Below are positions 1 to 8,550 of a stretch of DNA of 64,000 nucleotides, piece after piece. Source of the stretch: Burkholderiaceae bacterium. Lineage in GTDB: Bacteria; Pseudomonadota; Gammaproteobacteria; Burkholderiales; Burkholderiaceae_D. The DNA is taken from positions 1,395 through 65,394 of the forward strand of contig JBDTIS010000141.1 in assembly GCA_039936235.1 (NCBI GenBank). Direction: 5' to 3'. Below the pieces are notes generated by a model that did no database searches, was not told the DNA's origin, and saw only the letters and a program-made list of their open reading frames with translations. Position 1 is the stretch's first letter; every line of letters starts with the position of its first letter. The position numbers and the translations under genes are program-made.

Positions 1-30
1 GGACTGTGGCGCTCCGCGCCGGCGTGACGC

Positions 31-678
31 TCAGGACGTCAGTTGCCGGATGAACGCCGGCGCGACGTCGCGGTCGATCGCGCCGCCGATCAGCGCGGCG
101 ATCTCGACGTCGCTCCGGCCCACTTTCCTGAGCTGATCGATCTCGTCGCCGAGCAGCGCGATGAACGCCTGCGTCGACAAGGCTTCGGAACCGATCCCCA
201 TCGCGTTGCGCAGCGCGTCGCGCGCACGCGCCAGTTCCTCGGACGAGAAGGTCTGCGCTTCGGCCTCGGCCACGCGTCGTTCGCGCGTCGCCTTCGGTTG
301 CGCGAACAGTCGCGCGATCTCGTCGACCAGCACGTCCGTGTCGGTGGCCTTCGTCAGGAACAGGTCGTAGTCGTCGAAGCGTTCGCGGACCCAGTGTTCG
401 TCGAGTCCGGTGTGGATACCGATCAGAACGTCCGCGGTCCTTTCGTTGTCTCGCAGTACGCGCGCAACCTCGATGCCGCTCATCTCCGGCATCGAGATAT
501 CCATCAGCACCATGTCGAACGGCTTCGCCGCCGCGAGGTCCACGGCTTCGCGGCCGTGCTTGGCCGTGACGACGACGTGGCCCTCGTGTTCCAGCATCAG
601 CTTGAGCACTTCGAGGATCGCCCAGTCGTCTTCGACGATCAGAATGCGACGGCGGGGATCGCGTTGCTTGAAGACCAA
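31..678 (-). CDS. Response regulator: receiver domain plus ~90-aa unassigned C-terminal region
   Basis: The 215-aa ORF starts at TTG 678, the only in-frame start upstream of the REC core. Receiver motifs are RILIVEDD and DMVLMDISMPEMSG. The C-terminal tail has no His and no domain I recognise. It lies 20 nt downstream of the REC-kinase gene on the same strand. Confidence 0.85.
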   Translation of the reverse strand: MVFKQRDPRRRILIVEDDWAILEVLKLMLEHEGHVVVTAKHGREAVDLAAAKPFDMVLMDISMPEMSGIEVARVLRDNERTADVLIGIHTGLDEHWVRERFDDYDLFLTKATDTDVLVDEIARLFAQPKATRERRVAEAEAQTFSSEELARARDALRNAMGIGSEALSTQAFIALLGDEIDQLRKVGRSDVEIAALIGGAIDRDVAPAFIRQLTS

Positions 679-698
679 GGGGGCGCGGGCCTGCGAAG

Positions 699-1841
699 TC
701 AGACGTGAACGCTGGCTGCGGCGACGGCACTCGCAGCGCGCGGCAGCGTGACACGGAACGTGGTCTTCCGATCCGCGCCGCCTGAGAGGACCTCGACCCG
801 CCCGCCGTGCGCGCGCGCGATCTGGTCGACGATGTAAAGACCGAGCCCGAGACCGTCGCCGCGCGTGCGATGCTGGTCACGGCTGCGGAAGGGGTCGAAC
901 ACGTGCGGCAACACGTCGTCCGGGATGCAACCCGCGTTGCTGACGGCGAACGCGACCTCCGCATCGTCAGTCCCGTCGAGTTCGCATTCGATCTCGCAGT
1001 CGGCGCCACCGTGTTGCAGCGCGTTGCCGATCAGGTTCGACGCGATCTGGGCCAGTCGACCCGCGTCCCACTCGCCTCCGAGATTGCCATTGGTCCGCAA
1101 CGCGATCCGCCGCTCGGGCATCGAAGCACGCTGTTCGTCGACGGCATGTGCGATCAGTGCGCCGAGATCGACCGGCTGATGCCGGATCGGAATCCCTCCT
1201 GCGAGTCGCACGCGTGCCAGGTCGAGCATGTCGGAGATCATGTGGCTCATCAGCTTGGCGCTGGCGAGCGTGCGCGCCGCCGATCGGCGCGTCGTCTCGT
1301 CGGCAGCCTTCTTCTCGAGCAGGATGGAGCCCATCACGATCGCGCTGAGCGGTCCGCGCAGGTCGTGGCCGAGCATCGCGGTGAACATCTCCTGCAGCCG
1401 CAGCGTCTCGGTCTTCTCACGCAGCTCGCGCGCGAGCTGCAGCCGTTGCTGTGCGAGCTCGATGAACACGTCGACCTTGCTCTTGAGGATATGCGGATCG
1501 ATCGGTTTGAACAGGAAGTCGACCGCGCCGGTCTCGTAGCCCTTGAACACGCGTCGCTCGTCGCTCGCACCGGCCGTGACGAAGATGATCGGCACGGCGC
1601 GCGTACGCTCGCTGCCGCGCATCAACTCGGCGAGCTCGAAGCCGTCTAGCTCGGGCATCTGTACGTCGACGAGCGCGAGCGAGACGTGATGGATCAGCAG
1701 CAGTTCGAGCGCCTCGGCGCCCGAGCGGGCCTCGAGCAATTCGATGTCGTCGCGACGCAGCAGCGCCGACAGCGCGAGTAGGTTCTCGGGCAGATCGTCG
1801 ACCAGTAACAGCTTCACCGGGATCGCCGGATCGGGTTTCAT
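699..1841 (-). CDS. Response-regulator/histidine-kinase hybrid (REC-HisKA-HATPase)
   Basis: N-terminal receiver motifs are KLLLVDDLPENL, DVQMPELDG and FLFKP. These are followed by an H-box (MLGHDLRGPLSAI), an N-box (NLIGNALQHG) and a G-box (GDGLGLGLYIVDQIARAHGG). ATG 1841 overlaps the cheB stop as ATGA. Confidence 0.9.
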   Translation of the reverse strand: MKPDPAIPVKLLLVDDLPENLLALSALLRRDDIELLEARSGAEALELLLIHHVSLALVDVQMPELDGFELAELMRGSERTRAVPIIFVTAGASDERRVFKGYETGAVDFLFKPIDPHILKSKVDVFIELAQQRLQLARELREKTETLRLQEMFTAMLGHDLRGPLSAIVMGSILLEKKAADETTRRSAARTLASAKLMSHMISDMLDLARVRLAGGIPIRHQPVDLGALIAHAVDEQRASMPERRIALRTNGNLGGEWDAGRLAQIASNLIGNALQHGGADCEIECELDGTDDAEVAFAVSNAGCIPDDVLPHVFDPFRSRDQHRTRGDGLGLGLYIVDQIARAHGGRVEVLSGGADRKTTFRVTLPRAASAVAAASVHV

Positions 1842-2488
1842 GCATCGACCTTCGTGACGGTACTTCCATCGATGGTAAGCAGCAACGCGATGATCTCGTC
1901 GAGTGGAAGCACGAAGTTCGCCGCGATCCGCTTCAGCGCGGCGGCCGGCATCGCCGGGAACAGCGCCGTTTTCGGATCCTGCACGATCGCGATGCCGCCG
2001 GTGCGCTGAACGGCCGCGATTCCAGCCGCGCCGTCGTCGTTCGCACCCGTCAGGACGACGGCCGCGAGGCGCGCTCCGTAGACGTCGATCGCACTCTCGA
2101 AGAGGATGTCGATCGCCGGCCGCGAGTAGTTGACCGGCTCGTCGGCCGACAGCGCGAGGCTCGGACCCTTGTCCAGAAGAAGGTGGTAGTCCGGTGGTGC
2201 GAAGTAGATCGTGCCGATCTCCACGGGCAACTTGTCTTCCGCTTCGCGGACCGGCGCCGCGCAGCGCGCGCCGAACAGGGGCGCGAGCAGGCTCGGCCGC
2301 TCGCGCGGGAGGTGGATCACGATGAAGATCGGAACCGACAGTCGTCCGGGCAGCGCGGGCAGCATCCGCATCAGCGCCTCGATGCCGCCGGCCGACGCGC
2401 CGATCACGACCGCCGAGACGCGCCCCGCAAGCGTCGGTGCCTCGGTCATCGGTGCGCGGCCGTGCGCATGCGCCGCGGCCTCACGCAT
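1838..2488 (-). CDS. cheB: CheB-type protein-glutamate methylesterase, catalytic domain only (no receiver)
   Basis: The protein is 216 aa and carries VVIGASAGGIEAL (nucleophile Ser context), IFIVIHLP and YFAPPDYHLL. There is no N-terminal REC domain. ATG 2488 overlaps the cheR stop by 8 nt; an alternative ATG lies at 2449. Confidence 0.85.
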   Translation of the reverse strand: MREAAAHAHGRAPMTEAPTLAGRVSAVVIGASAGGIEALMRMLPALPGRLSVPIFIVIHLPRERPSLLAPLFGARCAAPVREAEDKLPVEIGTIYFAPPDYHLLLDKGPSLALSADEPVNYSRPAIDILFESAIDVYGARLAAVVLTGANDDGAAGIAAVQRTGGIAIVQDPKTALFPAMPAAALKRIAANFVLPLDEIIALLLTIDGSTVTKVDA

Positions 2489-3338
2489 CGGCCTTCTTCC
2501 GGTATATCCGGTCGCCGGCCACGAACGGATCGAACGCGTGGGCCTGGCTCGAGAATCGCAGCGACTCCTTCGAGCCGATGCCGAGGAAACCCTTGCGGCA
2601 CAAGGCTTCGTGGAACAGGCCGAGCGCGCGGTCCTGCAACTCGCGCGTGAAGTAGATCAGCACGTTGCGACACGACACCAGCTGCATCTCCGCGAACACG
2701 CTGTCGGTCGCGAGGCTGTGATCGGAGAACACGATCTGCTCGCGCAGCGTCTTGTCGAACACCGCACGGTCGTAGGCGGCCGTGTAGTAGTCCGACAGCG
2801 ACGTGTGCGCGCCGGACCTTCGATGATTCTCGGTGAAGCCGGCGATCCGGTCGATCGCGTAGATGCCGGCCTCGGCCTGCGCGAGGGCACGCGGATTGAT
2901 GTCGGTCGCATAGATCAGCGTGCGTTCGAGCAGCCCTTCCTCGCGCAACAGGATGGCGATCGAATAGGCCTCCTCGCCGGTGCTGCAGCCGGCGATCCAG
3001 ATCTTCAGCGACGGATAGGTGCGCAGCAGAGGCACGACCTTCTCGCGCAGCGCGAGGAAGTAGGCAGGGTCGCGGAACATCTCGCTGACCTGGACCGTCA
3101 GGTAGTCGAGCAGCGGCGGAAAGAAGGCCGGGTCGTGCAGCACGCGATCCTGCAGCTGCGACAACGTCTTGCAGCCGAAGCGTGTCATCGCGGTCGTCAG
3201 CCGACGCTTCAACGACGCGCCGGCGTAGTCGCGGAAGTCGTAGTGGTACTTCAGGAAGATCGCGTCGACGAGCAGCTGCAATTCGATGTCGAAGTCCCTG
3301 CTGGCCTCGGCGACGGTTGCCGGCGGGGTGGTGATCAC
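2481..3338 (-). CDS. cheR: CheR-type protein-glutamate O-methyltransferase
   Basis: Track ORF 2481..4442 is over-extended. CheR-like sequence begins near DFDIELQLLVDAIFLKYHYDFRDYA. The SAM-binding region is KIWIAGCSTGEEAYSIAILL, followed by CRNVLIYF. GTG 3338 forms a GTGA overlap with the stop of the upstream hybrid kinase. Confidence 0.9.
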   Translation of the reverse strand: MITTPPATVAEASRDFDIELQLLVDAIFLKYHYDFRDYAGASLKRRLTTAMTRFGCKTLSQLQDRVLHDPAFFPPLLDYLTVQVSEMFRDPAYFLALREKVVPLLRTYPSLKIWIAGCSTGEEAYSIAILLREEGLLERTLIYATDINPRALAQAEAGIYAIDRIAGFTENHRRSGAHTSLSDYYTAAYDRAVFDKTLREQIVFSDHSLATDSVFAEMQLVSCRNVLIYFTRELQDRALGLFHEALCRKGFLGIGSKESLRFSSQAHAFDPFVAGDRIYRKKADA

Positions 3339-6300
3339 TTCGGCATCCAGACGCGGACCAGCGACAGGAGCTTCTCGACGTCGAGCGGCTTCGCGACATA
3401 GTCGTTGGCGCCCGCCGCGAGGCATTTCTCCTGGTCGTCGCGCATCGCCTTGGCGGTCAGTGCGATGATCGGCAGCTTCTTCCAGCGCGGATCCTTGCGG
3501 ATCTGGCGCATCGCCGTGTACCCGTCCATCTCGGGCATCATGATGTCCATCAGGACCAGATCGATCGCGGCAGCCGGGTCGCCGACGGTCTTCGCGAGCG
3601 CCTCCAGCGCTTCGCGGCCGTTGCGGGCGATCTCGATCTTCAGGCCCTTCGGTTCGAGCACGCTCGTCAGCGCGAACACGTTGCGCACATCGTCCTCGAC
3701 GACCAGCACGCGCCGACCCTCGAAGGTGGACTCGCGGCTGCGTGCCTCGCGCAGCATCCGTTGCCGTTCCGGCGGCAGGTCGGCCTCGACCTGATGCAGG
3801 AACAGCGTGACCTCGTCGAGCAGGCGCTCCGGGGACCGCGCGTCCTTGATGATGATCGATCGCGAGTAGCGGCTCAGCCGCTGCTCTTCGCTTCGCGTGA
3901 GCAGTCGGCCCGTGTAGACGATCACCGGCGGGAACGCCACGTCGTCGTGCGCGGCCATCTTCTCGAGCAGGTCGTAGCCGGACAGGTCCGGCAGGTTCAG
4001 ATCCATCACCATGCAGTCGAAGGTCGCGCCCTGCAGATGCGCTAGCGCGTCCGACGCGCGCGACGCACCGACGATCTGCACGCCGTCGCTCTCGAGCAGC
4101 TGGCGGATGCTTTCGAGCTGGCGCGCGTCGTCCTCGACGACCAGCACGCGGCGCAGGTGCGGCGTGAAACGGGCGCGCAGGCCTTCGAGCGCTTCGACGA
4201 GCTGTTCGCGCTTGACCGGCTTCAGGTCGTAGCCGACGGCGCCGAGTTCGCGCGCCTCCTGGCGATAATCGGCGACCGACGCGACGTGAACCGGGATGTG
4301 CCGCGTATCCGGATCGCGCTTGAGCTGGTCGAGCACGCCGAGCCCGGAGTGGTCGGGCAGGTTCATGTCGAGCAGGATCGCGTTCGGCCGATAGGTCTTC
4401 GCGGCGGACAGACCGTCGCCGGCGCTGTGTGCGATGACGCACTGGAAGCCCATCTCGTGCGCCAGGTCCTGCAGGATCGCGGCGAAGCGCTTGTCGTCCT
4501 CGATCACGAGGATCAGCCGCGCATGCGGTGCGAGTCGATCGCGGTCGTCGCCGGTGACCGGCGGCAGCCCTGGCGCCTCGTTCGCCCGTGCCGGGACGAT
4601 GATCGTCGGCGGCGCTGACGGCGGGGGCGGCGCCACGAACGGCGTCGGGGGCAGTCGAGCCGGCTTCTCGCCGTCGGCGACGAACACGATCGGCAGCGTC
4701 AGCGTGAACACGCTGCCCTGTCCGGTCGTGCTCTGCACGACGACGTCGCCGCCGAGCAGCCGCGCCAGATCGCGAGAGATCGACAGGCCGAGCCCGGTCC
4801 CGCCGAAGCGACGATGGGTGCTGCCGTCGGCCTGACGGAAGGCCTCGAAGATCACTTCCTGTTCATGCGGCGCGATGCCGATGCCGCTGTCGCTGACAGC
4901 GATCGCGATCTTCCCGTCTTCGGGCGTGAAGACGCGCAGTCCGACTTCACCGCGGGCCGTGAACTTGAACGCGTTGGACAGCAGGTTGCGGACGACCTGG
5001 CCGATCCGCTGCGGATCGGTCTCGATGCGCAGCGGCGTGCCGGGCTCGACGGTCGCCGTGAACGCGAGACCCTTGTCGCGCGCGATCGGCTCGAACGTCA
5101 TCACGAGCGCTTCGACGATGCGATTGACCGGCACCGACTCGACGTCGATGTCGACCTTGCCGGCCTCGATCTTCGACAGGTCGAGGATGTCGTTGATCAG
5201 CGTCAGCAGATCGTTGCCCGCCGACAGGATGGTGTCGGCGAACTTGACCTGTTCGTCGGTGAGATTGCCGTGCTTGTTGTCGGCCAGCAGCTTCGACAGG
5301 ATCAGCGTCGAGTTCAGCGGCGTACGCAGCTCGTGGCTCATGTTGGCGAGGAATTCGCTCTTGTACTGGTTCGAACGCTCCAGTTCCTCGGCCTTGTCGA
5401 CCAGCACGTTCTGCGAACGGACCAGCGTCGCCTTCTGGTCCTCGAGCAACTGTGCCTGCTCTTCGAGTTGGGAATTGGTCTGCTCGAGTTCGGATTGCTG
5501 GCCCTCGAGCTGTGCCTGAGAGACCTTCAGCGCCTGGCCCTGTTCCTCGAGCTCCTCGTTGCTCACGCGCAACTCTTCCTGCTGCGCCTGCAACTCCTCG
5601 GCCTGCTGCTGTGTCTCGGCGAGCAGCGCGTCCACCCGGTCGCGTTCGCGCGAGCTCCGGATCGCGACCGCAACGACTTCGGAAATGCGTGCCAGCAGTT
5701 CCCGATCTTCGGCACCGACTTCGCGCAGGAAGGCGAACTCCATGATCGCCTGGAGCTGTCCGTCCACCGTCGCCGGTGCGACCAGCAGTTCGCGCGGCTG
5801 CCCGCGACCGAGCGACGAACGGATCTCCAGGTAATCGGCGGGCACCTTGCGGACGTGGATCACGTCGTTGTCCTTCGCGGCCTGGCCGACCAGCCCTTCA
5901 CCGATCGCCACCGATCGCGATTCGTCGGCGGACCCGTCGGCATAACCGGCGACGCGATGCAGGCGGCCGTCGCCTTCGGGCGCGTAGACCGTCGCATGCG
6001 GCACGTCGAGATAGCGGGCGAGGAAGGCCAGCGCTTTCGCGCACATCGCGTCCATTCGCCTCTCGCCGAGCAACTGTTCGGCGAGCCCCGAGACGCCGGC
6101 ACGCAACCAGCTCTCGATCTCGCGTTCGCGGTGGCCGCGCGCCAGAGCCCAGGCGGCGGTCGCGATCAACAACAGCAGAACCGTCGCTCCGATCATCGTG
6201 AAGCGGAAAGCGGCCCGCACTGCCGCATCGCTTTCGGCCTGCCGACTTGCCAGCACGCCGCGTTCGTCGGCCTGCATCTCGCCGATCAGCGCGCGGATGC

Positions 6301-6793
6301 TGTCCATCGTGACCTTGCCAAGATCGGTGCGAACGAGCGCCACCGCGCCGTCGATATCGCCAGAACGACGCAGCGTCACCGTATCGCGCAGCTCGGTCAG
6401 TTTGCTCTCGACCAGCGGCTCGAGCGCGGCGATCCGGGCCGCCTGCCGCGGGTTGTCGGCGGTGACGCTCCGCAACGAAGCGAGTTCGCCGGGCGCCGTC
6501 GTCTGGGCCGTCGTATAGCGTGCGAGATAGTTCTCGGTGCCGGTCAGCAGATAGCCGCGCTGTCCGGATTCGGCGTCCTTCATGTGATCGAGCAGCGTCT
6601 GCACGCGGGCGAGCACCTCCAGCGTGTGCGCCACGCTCTCCTCCGTGGCCTGGCTGCCGAGCATCGAGCGGTAGGCCAGCGCCGCGGAGACGGTCACGAC
6701 GATCGCCGCGATGACGAGGCCCCCGACAGTGCGCGCAGGAAGGTGAAAGCGCTTGCGGGCCACGGCGAAGGGAGCGGCTTGGGAATCGGGCAT
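3335..6793 (-). CDS. Hybrid sensor histidine kinase: TM-CHASE3-like-TM, GAF-like, long coiled coil, HisKA, HATPase, three receiver domains
   Basis: I place the start at ATG 6793; the track ORF runs on to 6925 through an Arg/Pro-rich stretch. Two TM segments bracket a ~170-aa region with CHASE3-like sequence (ESGQRGYLLTG). Downstream are a GAF-like block, a Q/E-rich coil, an H-box (MSHELRTPLNS) and HATPase motifs (NLLSNAFKFT, GGTGLGLSISRDLARLLGG). Three REC domains follow (LILVIEDD, VLVVEDDARQ, VLVVEDDVRN). Confidence 0.9.
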   Translation of the reverse strand: MPDSQAAPFAVARKRFHLPARTVGGLVIAAIVVTVSAALAYRSMLGSQATEESVAHTLEVLARVQTLLDHMKDAESGQRGYLLTGTENYLARYTTAQTTAPGELASLRSVTADNPRQAARIAALEPLVESKLTELRDTVTLRRSGDIDGAVALVRTDLGKVTMDSIRALIGEMQADERGVLASRQAESDAAVRAAFRFTMIGATVLLLLIATAAWALARGHREREIESWLRAGVSGLAEQLLGERRMDAMCAKALAFLARYLDVPHATVYAPEGDGRLHRVAGYADGSADESRSVAIGEGLVGQAAKDNDVIHVRKVPADYLEIRSSLGRGQPRELLVAPATVDGQLQAIMEFAFLREVGAEDRELLARISEVVAVAIRSSRERDRVDALLAETQQQAEELQAQQEELRVSNEELEEQGQALKVSQAQLEGQQSELEQTNSQLEEQAQLLEDQKATLVRSQNVLVDKAEELERSNQYKSEFLANMSHELRTPLNSTLILSKLLADNKHGNLTDEQVKFADTILSAGNDLLTLINDILDLSKIEAGKVDIDVESVPVNRIVEALVMTFEPIARDKGLAFTATVEPGTPLRIETDPQRIGQVVRNLLSNAFKFTARGEVGLRVFTPEDGKIAIAVSDSGIGIAPHEQEVIFEAFRQADGSTHRRFGGTGLGLSISRDLARLLGGDVVVQSTTGQGSVFTLTLPIVFVADGEKPARLPPTPFVAPPPPSAPPTIIVPARANEAPGLPPVTGDDRDRLAPHARLILVIEDDKRFAAILQDLAHEMGFQCVIAHSAGDGLSAAKTYRPNAILLDMNLPDHSGLGVLDQLKRDPDTRHIPVHVASVADYRQEARELGAVGYDLKPVKREQLVEALEGLRARFTPHLRRVLVVEDDARQLESIRQLLESDGVQIVGASRASDALAHLQGATFDCMVMDLNLPDLSGYDLLEKMAAHDDVAFPPVIVYTGRLLTRSEEQRLSRYSRSIIIKDARSPERLLDEVTLFLHQVEADLPPERQRMLREARSRESTFEGRRVLVVEDDVRNVFALTSVLEPKGLKIEIARNGREALEALAKTVGDPAAAIDLVLMDIMMPEMDGYTAMRQIRKDPRWKKLPIIALTAKAMRDDQEKCLAAGANDYVAKPLDVEKLLSLVRVWMPK

Positions 6794-7018
6794 GGGATGG
6801 TTCGATCGAGCGGACGCGGCCGCGCCTCGGCCGGGGCGCCTGAGGGGCCGTGCATGATAAACGGCGCGCGGCGGCGGGTCGTGGGAGCGCGCCTGATCCG
6901 GAAGCGTCCGACGCAGGGTTCGCAAAAATACGACGGGCGGTCAGACGCGTCGGCCCCGATCGCCCCAGGCCGGGCCTTGCGCACACCGATCAATGCGCTC
7001 GGCGCTTCGGAGCGGGCC

Positions 7019-7723
7019 CTAGGCGGTTCTTTCGTCGGTCCGAACCGTCAGGATCGGCGGCGCCGTGATGCGCCCGCCGTCGATGTGAAAAGCCTCGTCG
7101 GCAAAACGCGCGAGGTCGGCCGGGTCGTGCGTGATCATCACCATCGGCAGGTCGACGTCGCGCAGCAGCGCATCGAGCTCGTCGCGCATCCGCTCGCGCA
7201 GTGCCGGATCGAGCGCCGAGAACGGTTCGTCGAGCAGCAGCGCGCGTGGCCCGTTGACGAGCGCACGGGCCAGGGCGGTCCGCTGACGCTGGCCGCCCGA
7301 CAGTTCGCGCGGCGCCTGGTCGGCGACGTCGAGCAGCTCGAACGCGCGCAACCAGCGCAGGACCGGTTCGGTGTCGACACGGGCCGATGGATTGCGCAGG
7401 CCGGTGGACAGCCCGAACGCGACGTTCTGGCGCACGCTCAGCTTCGGGAACAGCGCGTAGTCCTGGAACAGATAGCCGAAGCCGCGATCGCGGGCCGGCA
7501 CGTCGATGCCGGCCGCGCCGTCGAACAGGACATCGTCGTCGAACGCGATGCGGCCGCGGTCGGGCGTGCGCAGTCCGGCGACCGCCTGCAGCAAGACCGT
7601 CTTACCGGCGCCGGAAGGGCCGTAGAGCACCGTACGCTTCGTCGTCGTGCAAAACTGCACGCACAATTCGAACGTGCGCGACACGCTCTTCAATCGCTGC
7701 GTGATGTCGACGTGGAGGGTCAC
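7019..7723 (-). CDS. modC: Molybdate ABC transporter ATP-binding protein, short form without C-terminal TOBE/Mop domain
   Basis: The start is GTG 7723 with a GGAG about 8 nt upstream. Motifs are Walker A (GPSGAGKT), signature (LSGGQRQR) and Walker B (LLLDEP). The protein is only 234 aa. It lies 19 nt downstream of modB. Confidence 0.8.
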   Translation of the reverse strand: MTLHVDITQRLKSVSRTFELCVQFCTTTKRTVLYGPSGAGKTVLLQAVAGLRTPDRGRIAFDDDVLFDGAAGIDVPARDRGFGYLFQDYALFPKLSVRQNVAFGLSTGLRNPSARVDTEPVLRWLRAFELLDVADQAPRELSGGQRQRTALARALVNGPRALLLDEPFSALDPALRERMRDELDALLRDVDLPMVMITHDPADLARFADEAFHIDGGRITAPPILTVRTDERTA

Positions 7724-7742
7724 GCTACCGGCTCCGCCGCAT

Positions 7743-8414
7743 TCATTTGTCGACCCGCGCCGGGGCGAGCCTGCCGGCCGCGAGGAGCACCGTCACGCAG
7801 ACGATCGATGTGATCACGACCAGGAAATTGGCCTGCTCGTCCTGACCCGCCTGGACTGCTTCGTAGACCGCCATCGAAAGCGTCTGGGTGCGACCGGGGA
7901 TGCTGCCGGCCACCATCAGCGTCGCGCCGAACTCGCCGAGCGACCGCGCGAACACGAGCAGCGTGCCGGCGAGGATGCCGGACCACGCCATCGGCACCGT
8001 GACGCGGGCGAAGACGGCCCATTCGCCGAGGCCGAGTACGCGGGCCGCGTTCTCGAGTTGCGGGTCGACCGCTTCGAACGCGCCGCGCGCCGACCGCAGC
8101 ACCAGCGGGAACGAAACCAGGGTGGCCGCGATCACGGCACCCTGCCACGTGAAGATCAGGTTGATGCCGAACGACTGCTGCAGCCAGCCGCCGAGCCAGC
8201 CGCGCTTGCCGATCAGCACCAGCAGGTAATAGCCGAGGACGGTCGGCGGCAGGACCAGCGGCAGCGTCAGGACCGCGTCGACGAACTCACGGCCGGCGAA
8301 CCGCTTGCGGGCGAGCAACCATCCTACGGCGACGCCGAGGACGAGGTTGATCGCGGTGGCGCACAGGGCCACCTTCAGCGTCAACGCGATCGTGATCCAT
8401 ACGGAGGCGTCCAT
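7743..8414 (-). CDS. modB: Molybdate ABC transporter permease
   Basis: I use ATG 8414 (MDASVWITIAL); the track ORF is longer. The protein is multi-TM and carries an EAA-loop-like sequence (ENAARVLGLGEWAVFARVTVPMA) typical of ModB/CysTW-type permeases. Confidence 0.85.
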   Translation of the reverse strand: MDASVWITIALTLKVALCATAINLVLGVAVGWLLARKRFAGREFVDAVLTLPLVLPPTVLGYYLLVLIGKRGWLGGWLQQSFGINLIFTWQGAVIAATLVSFPLVLRSARGAFEAVDPQLENAARVLGLGEWAVFARVTVPMAWSGILAGTLLVFARSLGEFGATLMVAGSIPGRTQTLSMAVYEAVQAGQDEQANFLVVITSIVCVTVLLAAGRLAPARVDK

Positions 8415-8550
8415 CGGTATCGGGGTGGGCGTTGCCGGTGACGGGAGCGGTCTTGAAGGGCGCTGCCGGGAGCGGAAGGCGGAATATATCGCAGGATATA
8501 ACGGTGCTGCGATGGTCCGGCGTGGAGACGACGCGAACCTGCAAATCACA

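Noticed and set aside
2481-4442. 653-aa version of the CheR ORF
   Set aside because: The N-terminal ~370 aa are Arg/Pro/Ala noise that overlaps the 3' third of the kinase gene in another frame. CheR similarity starts only after GTG 3338, which also gives a GTGA stop/start junction.
4814-7813. 999-aa ORF on the plus strand spanning the hybrid-kinase gene, the intergenic region and modC
   Set aside because: It is antisense to two well-supported genes. The translation is Arg/Ala/Gly/Asp/His-rich with no motifs and runs across an intergenic region. This is a typical high-GC shadow ORF.
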